Of a DNA stretch of 56,444 bases, positions 10,137 to 21,143 are shown piece by piece. Location: positions 1 to 56,444 of IMG/VR virus record IMGVR_UViG_3300037585_004733. One strand, given 5' to 3'. This DNA comes from a virus. Its lineage: Duplodnaviria > Caudoviricetes. The translations under genes and the position numbers were made by a program. The notes beneath the pieces are model-generated. The model had not been told where the DNA came from and ran no database searches. It saw nothing but the letters and a program-made list of their open reading frames with translations. The number at the start of each line of letters is the position of its first letter. Position 1 is the first letter of the stretch.

Positions 10137-10634
10137 ATGAATACTTTATTTTCTTCCTATGTAAGTGGCGGTGGTTATGGAGGTTATTCTGGATTTAGTT
10201 CCGGTCAATTTGATGCAGACTATGCTGATGAGGAACTTGGAAATATATGGGAAGACTTTTTAGGCTTAGATTGGGGGGATGAAGATCCTCTCGCAATTGG
10301 CATGAGCTATGAAGGTTCAGAATTTATAGATAGTGAGCGGGATGCACGTAATCAATTAACTGATTTATATTCAGGCTTTCAAGCAGATACATTTGGAGCC
10401 AGAAAGAAGGCGGCAGAGCAAACAAAGAAATTTGATATAACATCTGGGAGAACTGGATTAATTTCCGGTAAAAGATTATCTGGACGAGAAGAGATATTAA
10501 CTGATTCTGCGGAGGAGCAACAAAGTTTATTCTCTAACTATCTCTCTAGTCGTACTGGCTTAGCCGGAACTATAGACGACGCAAGAAAAGACTGGGTTGA
10601 TTGGCTAGAATCACAAGAACCAGGGGAGGGATAA
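10137..10634 (+). CDS. Putative internal virion protein
   Basis: Acidic/helical, no Cys; GRTGLISG resembles GRSNLMSG of the next gene. Confidence 0.5.
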   Translation: MNTLFSSYVSGGGYGGYSGFSSGQFDADYADEELGNIWEDFLGLDWGDEDPLAIGMSYEGSEFIDSERDARNQLTDLYSGFQADTFGARKKAAEQTKKFDITSGRTGLISGKRLSGREEILTDSAEEQQSLFSNYLSSRTGLAGTIDDARKDWVDWLESQEPGEG

Positions 10635-11483
10635 ATGGCCGGTAGAAGCTTAGGAGATATTTATACGCAAAGCAGTTTTAAAGGAACTAGTTCTGGGGGT
10701 TTATCTATAGAAGATTTAGATGAGCTTTTTACAAAAGAAAGCGGAGGTTCAACAAGTGGTATTTCACCATGGGAGCTGAATTATCAAGATATAAATGCTT
10801 TCTATTATGATGGTCCTAGTGACGTGGCCACTGATCCTAATAGTCCCTTTATAACAGATGAATCTGGTAACTGGACCTATTCCCCAGATAATACTGATAT
10901 AGGGAAAGAGGATTTATATTGGAAGTATGATCAAAAGAAAGAATTTGATATAGAGAATATGTATGACAGGAAGATGAGTTCTCTTTCGGGAACTATCGAC
11001 AAAATGTTTAGAGAGAATAAGCAGAATAAACTCGCAACATCCATTAATATTGGAAGATCTAATCTTATGTCAGGGACACATTTAGACAGTTTAAAATCTC
11101 TATCAGAAGATGCAAATATGAAGCTTATTAAAACTAAAGCAGATATAAATATTGATGCTATTAAAACAGATATGAAGGTTAAAAACCTGCGGAAGGAATA
11201 CGAGTCTGGGATATTAGATGTTACTGATGATATTGGTGCTACGGCTGATATAGAAGCAGGGAGCTTAGGTTGGATTATTGATGAAAATGTAGTTAGTCAA
11301 TATGGCTTAACAACTGGCAATGTAGGTGATGTAATTACAATAAACGGCATAAAGTATACATATAAAAACTATAATACAGTATGGAAGTGGAGAGGGAAAA
11401 CAAGGTCTTATGGCTGGGTTCAGGAAGGTGCTGGTCCAGATCAAGGCAATAATGCCGGTAGCGATAACTGGGATAGTATTTAA
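10635..11483 (+). CDS. Putative internal virion protein
   Basis: No Cys; cluster position; probable paralog of the previous gene. Confidence 0.5.
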   Translation: MAGRSLGDIYTQSSFKGTSSGGLSIEDLDELFTKESGGSTSGISPWELNYQDINAFYYDGPSDVATDPNSPFITDESGNWTYSPDNTDIGKEDLYWKYDQKKEFDIENMYDRKMSSLSGTIDKMFRENKQNKLATSINIGRSNLMSGTHLDSLKSLSEDANMKLIKTKADINIDAIKTDMKVKNLRKEYESGILDVTDDIGATADIEAGSLGWIIDENVVSQYGLTTGNVGDVITINGIKYTYKNYNTVWKWRGKTRSYGWVQEGAGPDQGNNAGSDNWDSI

Positions 11484-11499
11484 AATTTAAGGAGATTTA

Positions 11500-13275
11500 A
11501 TGGCAAGAACCCCCGCACAAGAATTTATGAGAGGTATAAATGCGGAGTCATCTGATTTAGATGATCAGCTAGCTAGTACAGTAGGTGGTATTATGAATCA
11601 ACTGCCTTCCTTGTTAATGAACTATAGCTTGAAAGAAGATGCATTAGCAAAATCTATTGCTACAAAGTCTGCTGAAAATATACTATTAAAGTCTAGCAAG
11701 TTCACTGATAGCAAGCAATACGAAGATAGCATTTCCTATGTTGAGAATTTATTTGCAGAGCATGGTGATGATCTTACTATGACTGCAGTTAGAAATAATG
11801 CATTAGAAGCTTTAAATGAAAATATGTTTAACTTTAATGAAAATGAAAGTGCTACTATTAAGCTTAATTCTTTATTAAGTGATGAGCGTACAGCAAGAAC
11901 TGCATTAGATACTGATGCATATAGAGAAGTTATTAATGACTTTACTTCAATTTTTAATGCTAAGAAAAATTTTCTATCAAAGCAGGCTATTAATAGTTAC
12001 AGTGAAAAACAAGATGATATGTTGAGCTGGTTAGATCATGCTATTTTAACTATGAGTTGGGATGATGATCTAGAATCTCCAGGCCTACAAACTGCAGATA
12101 AAAATATTGAAATGTCTGGGCATGCATTAAAGTTAAATGACTTGAAGGCTGCATTTAAATACCTAGGAGAGGCAGGTAAAGGTATAGCTGCTGGGTCTGA
12201 ACATGCTGCTTATGCTGCTGCAGTACCACAATTAATAACAATAGGTAAGCAACATAATGCATCTGTAGATAAACTTACAAATCAAAAGTATGCTAAATGG
12301 GTATATAAATTCCCCATTCCTAGTCAGGCAAATGCATCTGATTCTAAGGCAATGAAAATGATGGGGCAACAAGTTGAAGTTCAATTGAGTAATATCCTTA
12401 AAGACACTACTGTTAAAGAATTAAAAGATGATGAAGGGATTCCTCTTGCTTCTGATAGCAACAAAAGCATATTAGGGATTATTCAATATCTAGAAGACCA
12501 AGGCGTATGGATGGACATGAATGCCGCAGTTCCTATGCTAGATCAAGTCTTAAACTTTAAGGGAACGGGCAAAGACGTAGAAAGACATGAAGCTATTAAC
12601 TTTTATTTTGGATTGCAAATGTATGATCAGTATTATCAAACTGGAGCGATAGCTAATATGGCAGCGGCTAACGCAGGGCAAAGCTTTGCAGGAGACTTAC
12701 AGGAGTTTGCTACGACAGCCGCTACTGTTAGCGATAGTGTAAATACTAATTTTAATGAAATTGAAGATGTTAGTAATCTTGTTCCTGTTGGGAATGATGA
12801 GTTTGGAACTCCTATATATCAACGTAGAGATACATGGGATATGGACCAGATTGATAAGGTAAATCAAAATAAAGCAGTACAAGATTCTTTGAAACAACAA
12901 CATTTAGATGCTTTGGTTGCATTAGATAGTCTAGCCTCTACATCTACACCTACTACCATTCCTATTGATCCTGGTAATGTAGGATTTGATCGAAGACAAG
13001 CACATCAATCAGCAGAAGGACTACTTGGGCTTGATACCGATAGCTACAGAGAGGATTTAGTACTTGACTCAACTGGGAAAACACTAGGTGCAAATATTAT
13101 TGAAAGATTGCAAGCTCGAACAGGAGATACATTAAGTGATATTCTCGTAAATCAATCACTCGATGATAATGAAACTAGCATGATAATTGAAGAATTATTT
13201 AATAATAGCATGAAGTATTTTGGACAAGAGTTTGAATCAATTGAGGCGATGCTAGCAGAAATTATGAATCAATAG
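11500..13275 (+). CDS. Putative internal virion/ejection protein
   Basis: 591 aa, helical, no Cys, strong AAGGAG RBS. Confidence 0.55.
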   Translation: MARTPAQEFMRGINAESSDLDDQLASTVGGIMNQLPSLLMNYSLKEDALAKSIATKSAENILLKSSKFTDSKQYEDSISYVENLFAEHGDDLTMTAVRNNALEALNENMFNFNENESATIKLNSLLSDERTARTALDTDAYREVINDFTSIFNAKKNFLSKQAINSYSEKQDDMLSWLDHAILTMSWDDDLESPGLQTADKNIEMSGHALKLNDLKAAFKYLGEAGKGIAAGSEHAAYAAAVPQLITIGKQHNASVDKLTNQKYAKWVYKFPIPSQANASDSKAMKMMGQQVEVQLSNILKDTTVKELKDDEGIPLASDSNKSILGIIQYLEDQGVWMDMNAAVPMLDQVLNFKGTGKDVERHEAINFYFGLQMYDQYYQTGAIANMAAANAGQSFAGDLQEFATTAATVSDSVNTNFNEIEDVSNLVPVGNDEFGTPIYQRRDTWDMDQIDKVNQNKAVQDSLKQQHLDALVALDSLASTSTPTTIPIDPGNVGFDRRQAHQSAEGLLGLDTDSYREDLVLDSTGKTLGANIIERLQARTGDTLSDILVNQSLDDNETSMIIEELFNNSMKYFGQEFESIEAMLAEIMNQ

Positions 13276-13284
13276 GAGAGAGAA

Positions 13285-16200
13285 TTGATACCGGGCATTC
13301 AAGCACATAATCCTAATACGTTAAATGATAGCACTTCTAAGCGAACTGTAGCTGAATTTGATACATGGTTTCGTAATAAATATGGCGATACTATATTACC
13401 TGGATTAACAGGTAGTGAGTTAGCTTATTATGCTGACAGAGAGATGTATAGCAACCAATTACTTCCGATGCTACATGACTTTAATATGGGTGGCAATTCT
13501 AACTCCAAACCAAAAATCTCAACGTCTCTAGTTAAAGAGGATGCGGGTTTTATTAACGGCTCAAAGTATACCCAAGATGATTGGAGATCTGATCCGGAAG
13601 AAGTAAAGCAACATAAGCAAGATATATTAGATGAGTCTTGGACTCAAGCAATATGGGATGAAGCTATTAGACCATTATTTAATCTCATTCCAGGGCATGC
13701 TGATCAACCAGAAGGCACAGCAAACCCAGTGCATGTATATGGTCATAAGTTTAGAGAGATGATTAATTTCGCTCCTGAATTTGGGATAGCTGAACTTGCT
13801 AATATACTTGATGTAGGGGCTCATATGCAGGGTATGCAGGGTATGGCTGAAGGATATACAAAGGCCTTGGGTGGAGGTATTCCAGGAGCATATACCCCCG
13901 GAATAATGCCACAAGGGGCAGAACAGGCATTAACTCAGGGAGCTGAATATGATCCCGAGAATGACCCTTATAACGACTTAAAAGAATTAGTCCAGGATAA
14001 TGATAAGCTAAACGAAACATTATATATGCTTAGGCATAAAGCTTATGAGTGGTATAATGATTCAGAGGCTGAACGTAAAGCACGTGAAGCTAGAGATCCA
14101 GCCATACAAGCATATAATAAATGGGTAGAGAGTGAGCCTGCTACTGCTAAAAACTTCTGGCATCCACATATGATTACTCGTGGATTTACTGAGGTTGCCC
14201 CTAGCGTTACGCTAGCTGTATTACCAGGAGTTGCATTAAGAGTAGGTGCAGGCTTAGTAGGTAGGCAAGCAGCTGGAATGCAAGTTGCAGGTATGATACA
14301 GGGAGGCAAAATTGGAACAGCAATGGAGACTATTGGTGGAGCTACTTATTCTGTAACTAATGCAATGTCTACACTTTCTGGCTATATGTCTATTCCTATG
14401 ATTATGGCGATGGAAGGTGGTTCAGAGTTCCAAGAGTCCATGTATTACCTTACAAAAGATCCTGAAGGACCACAACTCCCTCCACAAAAAGCAGTGCCTA
14501 TTGCTGGTACTGTTTCTACAGCATATTCTTTTATGTCTGGGTCTGCAGAAAAATTTCAGTTGGGAATTTTTGCTAAGTATCTTGGCATGGAAAAACAAGC
14601 TAAAAAATCATTTCTTACTGCTCTTTCCAGAAGACTTTTTATGAACTCTGAAAAATATGGTGGATGGGAGAAGTTCTTGCAAAAGGCTGGTACAGGTGGG
14701 CAATTACTTACTGATAATTTTATTGAAGCTGGTGTTGAATCTACGCAAACTGTTATGCAATTAATTACTAATGAGGCATTAAGAAATGGGATTGCTCAAC
14801 ATCCTGATAGAGCTTTAGAATTACTTGCCAAGCAAGTATGGGAAACTAATTACAGAGAGATGTATTTTGAAAATCCTGAAGTAACTCAAACATTCTGGCA
14901 ATCGTTTGCAGGTATGGCTCCTATGACTGTAGGCTCTCATTATGCCGGTAAATCTTTGTCTAATGATGAGATGTTTAAGGATCTACTTATGGATGGCCAT
15001 AAGATATCGGTAGAGCAAAAAGGCAATAACGTCAAGGTATTAGTAAACGAAGAGGTAATTACTGACTTAGACTTTGATAGCCCAGGACAAGCACAAGGAT
15101 TTAAAAAAGATTTAGATCAAGGGCTTAATGATAATGCTCCACAGTTTTCGCAACCATTTAAAGATTTTAATATTCAAGATATAGAAACTCCAGAGCAAAT
15201 GGCTCATGCACTTTCTGTTACCTTATGGAAAGGTAAGCATAGTGAGGATGGCAAAGCTCATTCCCAAGCTGGTAAGCCTATGATTAGTTATTGGCATTCA
15301 TTGCGTAGAGGCAATATGCCAGATACTACCCCAAGAGAAAATGATTCTCCGGAAGAAGCTGCTCGTAAGATTACTCAAGGGGTATTAATACAAGCTAAAT
15401 CTAATCCTGCAAACGTTAGGCAATGGCTGGCAAAGCTTATCCAAGGTATAGGTAGGATTGATAAAAAGAGAGCTGCAAATCTTATTAATAATCTTGAGAT
15501 ACCAGAATCTTTAAAAATAGAAATTGCTCAAGATATTGCTAGTCATAGTAAGGGAGAAAAGAAGGCACGTATTGGTGGAGAGGGCGATGGAACAAAAAGT
15601 TCTACTGAAATCTTAGATGATGTTCCTGATCAAGCATATATTGACGACTTAGCTGATCCTGATTCCAATGCATTAGATTCTGATGTAGATGTAGCATTAA
15701 GAGAAGCTGGCTTTGAATTTACCCTTGGAGAAGCTAATAGTTCTAGACAAGATTATAATACTGATGTTCTAAATGAACCTGAAATGGATGATCCTGATTT
15801 TGCTCAAAAGAATAGTGAGGAAAAACAATTCGAGCGAGATGTAAGAAATGCTCAATCTAACCTAGCAGCTCAAATTACTGCCATGAATTTGGACGTTAAT
15901 ACTTTAAAGGATGAGAAATTAGCACAAGCATTAATGCGTATGGTTGCTATTGGCTTGGATTCACAGACTGTATTATCAGCGCTTTCAGGTCGTAAGGCTG
16001 ATCCTTCTAAAGGAATAGAAGCTAAGGCTAAGTTAAGTAATACTAAACTAAATAAGCTTCAAAAGTCTTTAGGTCTAGGGTTTTCCAAGCAAGATATTTC
16101 TACTAATAGACCTAAGGTTGAGAATGCAGTTGTTGCTGAAATTGAAAAGCAAGCAGCCAAAGGCATTGTAGAGCCAGTAGTAGAAGATACTCCAGCTCCA

Positions 16201-16698
16201 GTTGTTGATTCTAAGACCGTAGAAGGCTTTGTAAAGGCCAATAAAAAAGTTCTGGATGAAGTACTTAAGACGAAAAAAGACAGCCTTATAGATGGCTCTA
16301 TTGCTGCAATACTACCCCAAGATGCATCTTACGGTGTAGATGAGGTAAGAGCACAGCTTGGACTAAAAGAGACAGTTCCTCAAGAGTCTCCAGTTGAAGA
16401 GGCGCCTTCGGCTCCAGCAATCCCAGAACAAGATATAGCAGCTATTATGGCTGCACAACAACAAGGTGTAGCAGCTGAGCTAGCAGATGAGTTTGGGGAT
16501 AATTTTGATGTACCGGTAGACGATTCTAATTTAGGAGATGACCTGGAGGATAGTGATCTAGAGGGTTTAAGTCCAGAGGTTCTTAAAAAAATGAATGAAT
16601 TGGATAGTGAAGATTTGACTATTGGCTCAAGTGAGTCTGCATCTGAAATAGCTTCAGGTCTAAATGATAAAGTTCAAGATGAATTGGGAGATTGTTAA
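13285..16698 (+). CDS. Large internal virion/ejection protein A
   Basis: 1137 aa; Gly/Ala-rich membrane-like middle (EAGVESTQ); acidic tail; its single Cys is the last residue. Confidence 0.65.
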   Translation: MIPGIQAHNPNTLNDSTSKRTVAEFDTWFRNKYGDTILPGLTGSELAYYADREMYSNQLLPMLHDFNMGGNSNSKPKISTSLVKEDAGFINGSKYTQDDWRSDPEEVKQHKQDILDESWTQAIWDEAIRPLFNLIPGHADQPEGTANPVHVYGHKFREMINFAPEFGIAELANILDVGAHMQGMQGMAEGYTKALGGGIPGAYTPGIMPQGAEQALTQGAEYDPENDPYNDLKELVQDNDKLNETLYMLRHKAYEWYNDSEAERKAREARDPAIQAYNKWVESEPATAKNFWHPHMITRGFTEVAPSVTLAVLPGVALRVGAGLVGRQAAGMQVAGMIQGGKIGTAMETIGGATYSVTNAMSTLSGYMSIPMIMAMEGGSEFQESMYYLTKDPEGPQLPPQKAVPIAGTVSTAYSFMSGSAEKFQLGIFAKYLGMEKQAKKSFLTALSRRLFMNSEKYGGWEKFLQKAGTGGQLLTDNFIEAGVESTQTVMQLITNEALRNGIAQHPDRALELLAKQVWETNYREMYFENPEVTQTFWQSFAGMAPMTVGSHYAGKSLSNDEMFKDLLMDGHKISVEQKGNNVKVLVNEEVITDLDFDSPGQAQGFKKDLDQGLNDNAPQFSQPFKDFNIQDIETPEQMAHALSVTLWKGKHSEDGKAHSQAGKPMISYWHSLRRGNMPDTTPRENDSPEEAARKITQGVLIQAKSNPANVRQWLAKLIQGIGRIDKKRAANLINNLEIPESLKIEIAQDIASHSKGEKKARIGGEGDGTKSSTEILDDVPDQAYIDDLADPDSNALDSDVDVALREAGFEFTLGEANSSRQDYNTDVLNEPEMDDPDFAQKNSEEKQFERDVRNAQSNLAAQITAMNLDVNTLKDEKLAQALMRMVAIGLDSQTVLSALSGRKADPSKGIEAKAKLSNTKLNKLQKSLGLGFSKQDISTNRPKVENAVVAEIEKQAAKGIVEPVVEDTPAPVVDSKTVEGFVKANKKVLDEVLKTKKDSLIDGSIAAILPQDASYGVDEVRAQLGLKETVPQESPVEEAPSAPAIPEQDIAAIMAAQQQGVAAELADEFGDNFDVPVDDSNLGDDLEDSDLEGLSPEVLKKMNELDSEDLTIGSSESASEIASGLNDKVQDELGDC

Positions 16699-19600
16699 TG
16701 GCCTGTCCTGTTAATAGAACGGAAATGATTAGAAGAATGTATGATTATGTTGCGCAATATTTAGGCGACACTAGATTTACTTTAGGTGATGCCAATACAG
16801 GCCCAGCAATATCATTGCAATATTTACGAGAAAGATTTAAGGCAAAGAATCCTGGATTAGTTGATTATCTAGATGAGGCAATTGCACAACATTTAAATAA
16901 TGAAGATCTAGTGGTATTATACCAAAGCACTAAACAGCCATTAAGTAAGGCTCCTCAAACTGTTATTAAGTATCCTTTAAATCCCATTGTGGATGATTAT
17001 TTAGGGTATAAAGCTGCCGATCAAACTGATTACGACAATGAAGATAATGGTCCTGCTAAAAACTCTCATATAGGTGATGGTCCAGGTTCTCATTTAATGG
17101 TTAATGATACTACCGGTACTAGTAAATATGATACATTATGGTTCTCTGCCTTAGGGTTAAGGCTTGACAAGCATGAACTTGCAGCACCATATAATGCTGT
17201 AAGACAAGCAGTAATCTTTGAAGAATTTTATGAATGGGTAAAATCTCAATACTCAGGGCAAGTTGATCCTTCTGATAAATTGCAAATGAATAAGCTAAGA
17301 ATGTTTTATCTTGTTAATAGACCTATGAATAGAATGGAAGTGTCTAGAAGGCAAGCTCTAATGTATGTCAATCGATTATTATTTGATAAGGGATATAAAG
17401 AGCAGGGTGATATTGATTATAAAGGACTCTACTGGAAACATAGCTTTAAAGATAAAAATGGGAGAGTAGTTAATCTTAAAACACAACGCCTTGAGCCAGA
17501 ATATGTTCCCACTAATTTTATAGATGGATTGCATACGAATGTAAGAGGTCGCTCTATGGGAGATATGACTGTATATTTTGCATTAGATAATATGATGAAT
17601 CTAATCCCAAAGCAAGATGGAGGATGGTTTGCAACTGATACTTCTAATGAGATGAGTTATTCAGAATTTGTAAACCTTGAGACAGCATTGTCTGAACAAA
17701 ATATGACATTTGTTGGAATGTCTGCTGGCGATAAAGGGAACATGCTTGTTTCCTATATTCTTCCTGAACATCTTGAAGATATTGCCCCTAAAAAAGATAT
17801 TGTTCAATATTTTTGGAAAAAAGAAGTTGATATAAGGCTAATCAATAGTTTAGATGATTTTGATGGAAGCTTTGATGAGTGGTATAGTAACTACCTATCT
17901 ATGTTCGAGTCTACAGACCCAGCTATTAAACTAAATCATACTCAAAAGCAGAATTTTGTAAAAATGACCAAGCTATTAGATAAGTTTATGGTAGCAAGAT
18001 TTGCTAAGCTCATGAAGAAAGAATTAAAGCAGCATTATAATAAAGCTGATGCTGCAAAGCATTTGAATGGGTTTCTTCAAAGTGCACTTGAAATACCCCG
18101 CATGAACAAGACTAGAGCAATACCTATGCATAAATGGCTTGCAGGTATTTTAGCAGGACATGAATGGTATAAAGGTGTACGTGGTAATTCTTATTTAGAT
18201 TATAAATCATTACATACATTTCATAGAATGAAAATACCGGTAACAAAAGGAATGATACTCGAAGAGATGAGTGATACTCGTCACCTTGTATTTGACCACG
18301 AAAATGTAGATATTTATGTAAATGATAAAAAGATAGAGCATTATACTGAAGTTGCAGGTTTATTAGGCGTAAAGAATATATCTGATGGGTGGAGTATGGT
18401 TTCTACTGACTTTTTAGATAGAACAGCTGATAATGCTGGTAATACAGCTGTCTTAGAAAATGATCATGGTACTCGTGAAGTTAAGAGTGTTGTAATGTAT
18501 TTATCTAAGGATGGTAAAAATTATGTTGAGCTTAAGCATTCAGAGCAACAAGCTATTGGTGAGGTAAAAATTACCCAAAAGGGAGATAAGAATGCGTTAA
18601 TAGCACAAACAATTAGTACAGATAATGGTATATTAATGTATGATGGTGATGGCAATACTATTGATATGATTTCTGATCTTGATGTTGCCAAAACTACTAC
18701 CGGAACATTCAGGAGAAAAATTGCTTCAGATAATTTTGCTAAGTTTAATTTGCCTACAGAATCTAGAAGAGTAGTCATACTTCCAAGGCCGTCATCTAAT
18801 CACTCTGTGTATGGGCCAGTACAAGTTCTTAATGCATTAAACTTTAAACCTGGAACTCTTTCTGATTTAGAAACTCAAGAATTAAATGATTTTATAGAAG
18901 CTTTTGATGCTATGATGCATGAGAATAGTGATGTTTGGACATCTACTATGTTAGGTGCGGTTGATGATCCTGATGCTATGCGTAGAATCGTTGGCTATAT
19001 GTATTCAGATAAAGCAGAAGCAAAGGATAATATTCGCAATAAAATGAATGCTACTGACGGCATTGGAATACATCATCCGGATAATATTACGGGATATATT
19101 GCTATGCTAAGCAATAACTTCCTTATAAAAGGAGCACTTCAAGCTCGAACATTTGTTCAAAAATTGCTTGGAAGTGGAGCTACTAAGAATGAAATGGTGG
19201 GTTCTGATTATGTGATGAAGCCAGACCTTGAAGGACGTATTCCATTAGATGAGAATGGAAACCCTATTGGAGTTATATTATCTGCTGGGAATAGAGGCAT
19301 TTTTAATAAAGCAGTAAAAATGATGATAGATGCTAAAGGCGTTGAATCTATTTTATCAGAATTACAGGATAATGAGCTTGTTAATTCAAGTATGTATAAT
19401 CAGATTGTATCTGGGTCAAAAGAGGAAAAGTTAAAGCTTATCTCTAGAGTATATAATAAAAATGTAAGCTTGGTAAATGAATTTCTAAATGATGAAGCCT
19501 TTGATGATATGCATGTACTTACATATCGATCTCCGATTTTAAGTTCTGTATCTGTTGCAGCTAGAAAGATATTAGAATTTACACAAGATGATGGGAATGC

Positions 19601-21143
19601 TGTTTATCACCATCCATCTGATACATTTAAGAGATTAATTGGAGATTATGATATCGATGAGGCTGGTGTTTTTGTAGTTGGAGCTGAATTTGTTCAAGCA
19701 TTATATAAGTTTCAAAACTCATCATTTCATAAACAGCGTTCAGATTATTCAGTAGACCTAGATATATTTGAGCTTGGCGAGGCTGCAGAATTATCTAATA
19801 AGCCAGGGCTATTTAAAGAAATGGTTATGCAGATTAAAGGTCACAGGACTCAAGGAAGCACAACAAATACTAAAAATTTAATAGGAACACTCTCGCAACA
19901 TATTAATAATATTGGATTTAGCGATGGATTAGAGCTTAGACCTAAAAACTTTAATGATAGTATTATAATGAATTATGCTCCTTTAGCTGCAGGCGTAACA
20001 CAGTCTAAATTAGATGCATTAGGGTGGACTTGGGCAAGTATTATAAAAATTGGCGATCAGAACTATTTAAAGACAACAGTAGAGCATGAAATGATGCTCT
20101 TAATTAATGCAGCAACTGACCATCCTAAGCTAAATCTTATCACTAAGCAATGGGGATTTGGTAAATCTCCTAAAGAAGGTAATAAAGAACCGGATAATAA
20201 TTGGCTTGTAAGAAAAATGTTTACTGCACATCGGGGAGGTCAGCAAGTTTCTACAGATGAGATTAGTGGAGCCCATATTAGATTAATGCGTGGGTTTAAA
20301 GATAATGATGGTGAATATCACAATGGAATATTAAGCCAATTTAATTATTCTAGAGTAAAACGTGGTGAAGATGGCCTTGGAAGAAAAATGAAAATGGGCC
20401 AAGTATGGTATAAGCTTGAAGAATTATATCGATTCTTACAAAATACTCCTAGTGAGCAAGCTGAGATACTTACAAGTCATGATCCAATAAAACAGCATTC
20501 TCTTCCTGATTTAAGCATTAATAGCTTAGACATGAATAATGTTACTACAATAGAAGAAAAATTAATTATACGTCCATGGCAGATGGTATTAGATAGATAT
20601 GGCGATGACTTTGCTAGTTCTCCATTTGCATATGAAGAGGATAGGATAGAATTTGCCCACTTTCAAGCTGCTGATAATGTTCAGGATTATGTAGCCAATA
20701 AATATAAGATTACTAGGGAAGGTGCAAAGAAGGCTATTATATTATCTAAGAGATTATTGCATAATTTTCATGCAGTTTTTGCAGAAAATAATAAGTATAC
20801 ATCTGAAGCTGTAAACTATGATGATGATTTGCTTATCTTAACTAAAAACTTTGAAGATGCAATTAAGCAGGGTGTTGATAAATATGGCGATGGATTTAGT
20901 GCATATGTGTCATTGAAGTATCTTGAAGGTTATTATAATACTACAGAGCAAGCACATAAAAGAAAATTGGATATCCTTCCCCCACTTGAGTTATGGAATG
21001 AAGAAGTTTATGTAGAGTACATGAAGAGCTGGGAGAAAGAGTTTTTTAAAGGGGAAATGGTTGTTGATCCGGCTGAACTAGAGAAATATAAGTCAAGATC
21101 TAAAGGACTTAAAACTGCTAATTTAATAGCGAGGTGTAACTAA
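16698..21143 (+). CDS. Virion-packaged two-barrel (double-psi) RNA polymerase, crAss-like
   Basis: Motifs HRMKIPVTKG, SDGWSMVS, VKSVV...LKHS, IDMISDLDVAK, YRSP, GDYDID (19641-19658), INAATDHPK; likely start at ATG 16698 (TAATG overlap). Confidence 0.85.
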   Translation: MACPVNRTEMIRRMYDYVAQYLGDTRFTLGDANTGPAISLQYLRERFKAKNPGLVDYLDEAIAQHLNNEDLVVLYQSTKQPLSKAPQTVIKYPLNPIVDDYLGYKAADQTDYDNEDNGPAKNSHIGDGPGSHLMVNDTTGTSKYDTLWFSALGLRLDKHELAAPYNAVRQAVIFEEFYEWVKSQYSGQVDPSDKLQMNKLRMFYLVNRPMNRMEVSRRQALMYVNRLLFDKGYKEQGDIDYKGLYWKHSFKDKNGRVVNLKTQRLEPEYVPTNFIDGLHTNVRGRSMGDMTVYFALDNMMNLIPKQDGGWFATDTSNEMSYSEFVNLETALSEQNMTFVGMSAGDKGNMLVSYILPEHLEDIAPKKDIVQYFWKKEVDIRLINSLDDFDGSFDEWYSNYLSMFESTDPAIKLNHTQKQNFVKMTKLLDKFMVARFAKLMKKELKQHYNKADAAKHLNGFLQSALEIPRMNKTRAIPMHKWLAGILAGHEWYKGVRGNSYLDYKSLHTFHRMKIPVTKGMILEEMSDTRHLVFDHENVDIYVNDKKIEHYTEVAGLLGVKNISDGWSMVSTDFLDRTADNAGNTAVLENDHGTREVKSVVMYLSKDGKNYVELKHSEQQAIGEVKITQKGDKNALIAQTISTDNGILMYDGDGNTIDMISDLDVAKTTTGTFRRKIASDNFAKFNLPTESRRVVILPRPSSNHSVYGPVQVLNALNFKPGTLSDLETQELNDFIEAFDAMMHENSDVWTSTMLGAVDDPDAMRRIVGYMYSDKAEAKDNIRNKMNATDGIGIHHPDNITGYIAMLSNNFLIKGALQARTFVQKLLGSGATKNEMVGSDYVMKPDLEGRIPLDENGNPIGVILSAGNRGIFNKAVKMMIDAKGVESILSELQDNELVNSSMYNQIVSGSKEEKLKLISRVYNKNVSLVNEFLNDEAFDDMHVLTYRSPILSSVSVAARKILEFTQDDGNAVYHHPSDTFKRLIGDYDIDEAGVFVVGAEFVQALYKFQNSSFHKQRSDYSVDLDIFELGEAAELSNKPGLFKEMVMQIKGHRTQGSTTNTKNLIGTLSQHINNIGFSDGLELRPKNFNDSIIMNYAPLAAGVTQSKLDALGWTWASIIKIGDQNYLKTTVEHEMMLLINAATDHPKLNLITKQWGFGKSPKEGNKEPDNNWLVRKMFTAHRGGQQVSTDEISGAHIRLMRGFKDNDGEYHNGILSQFNYSRVKRGEDGLGRKMKMGQVWYKLEELYRFLQNTPSEQAEILTSHDPIKQHSLPDLSINSLDMNNVTTIEEKLIIRPWQMVLDRYGDDFASSPFAYEEDRIEFAHFQAADNVQDYVANKYKITREGAKKAIILSKRLLHNFHAVFAENNKYTSEAVNYDDDLLILTKNFEDAIKQGVDKYGDGFSAYVSLKYLEGYYNTTEQAHKRKLDILPPLELWNEEVYVEYMKSWEKEFFKGEMVVDPAELEKYKSRSKGLKTANLIARCN

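Noticed and set aside
17850-17880. DDFDGS in the RNAP as the catalytic motif
   Set aside because: It lacks the third Asp and the upstream RxP; GDYDID at 19641 has the right context.
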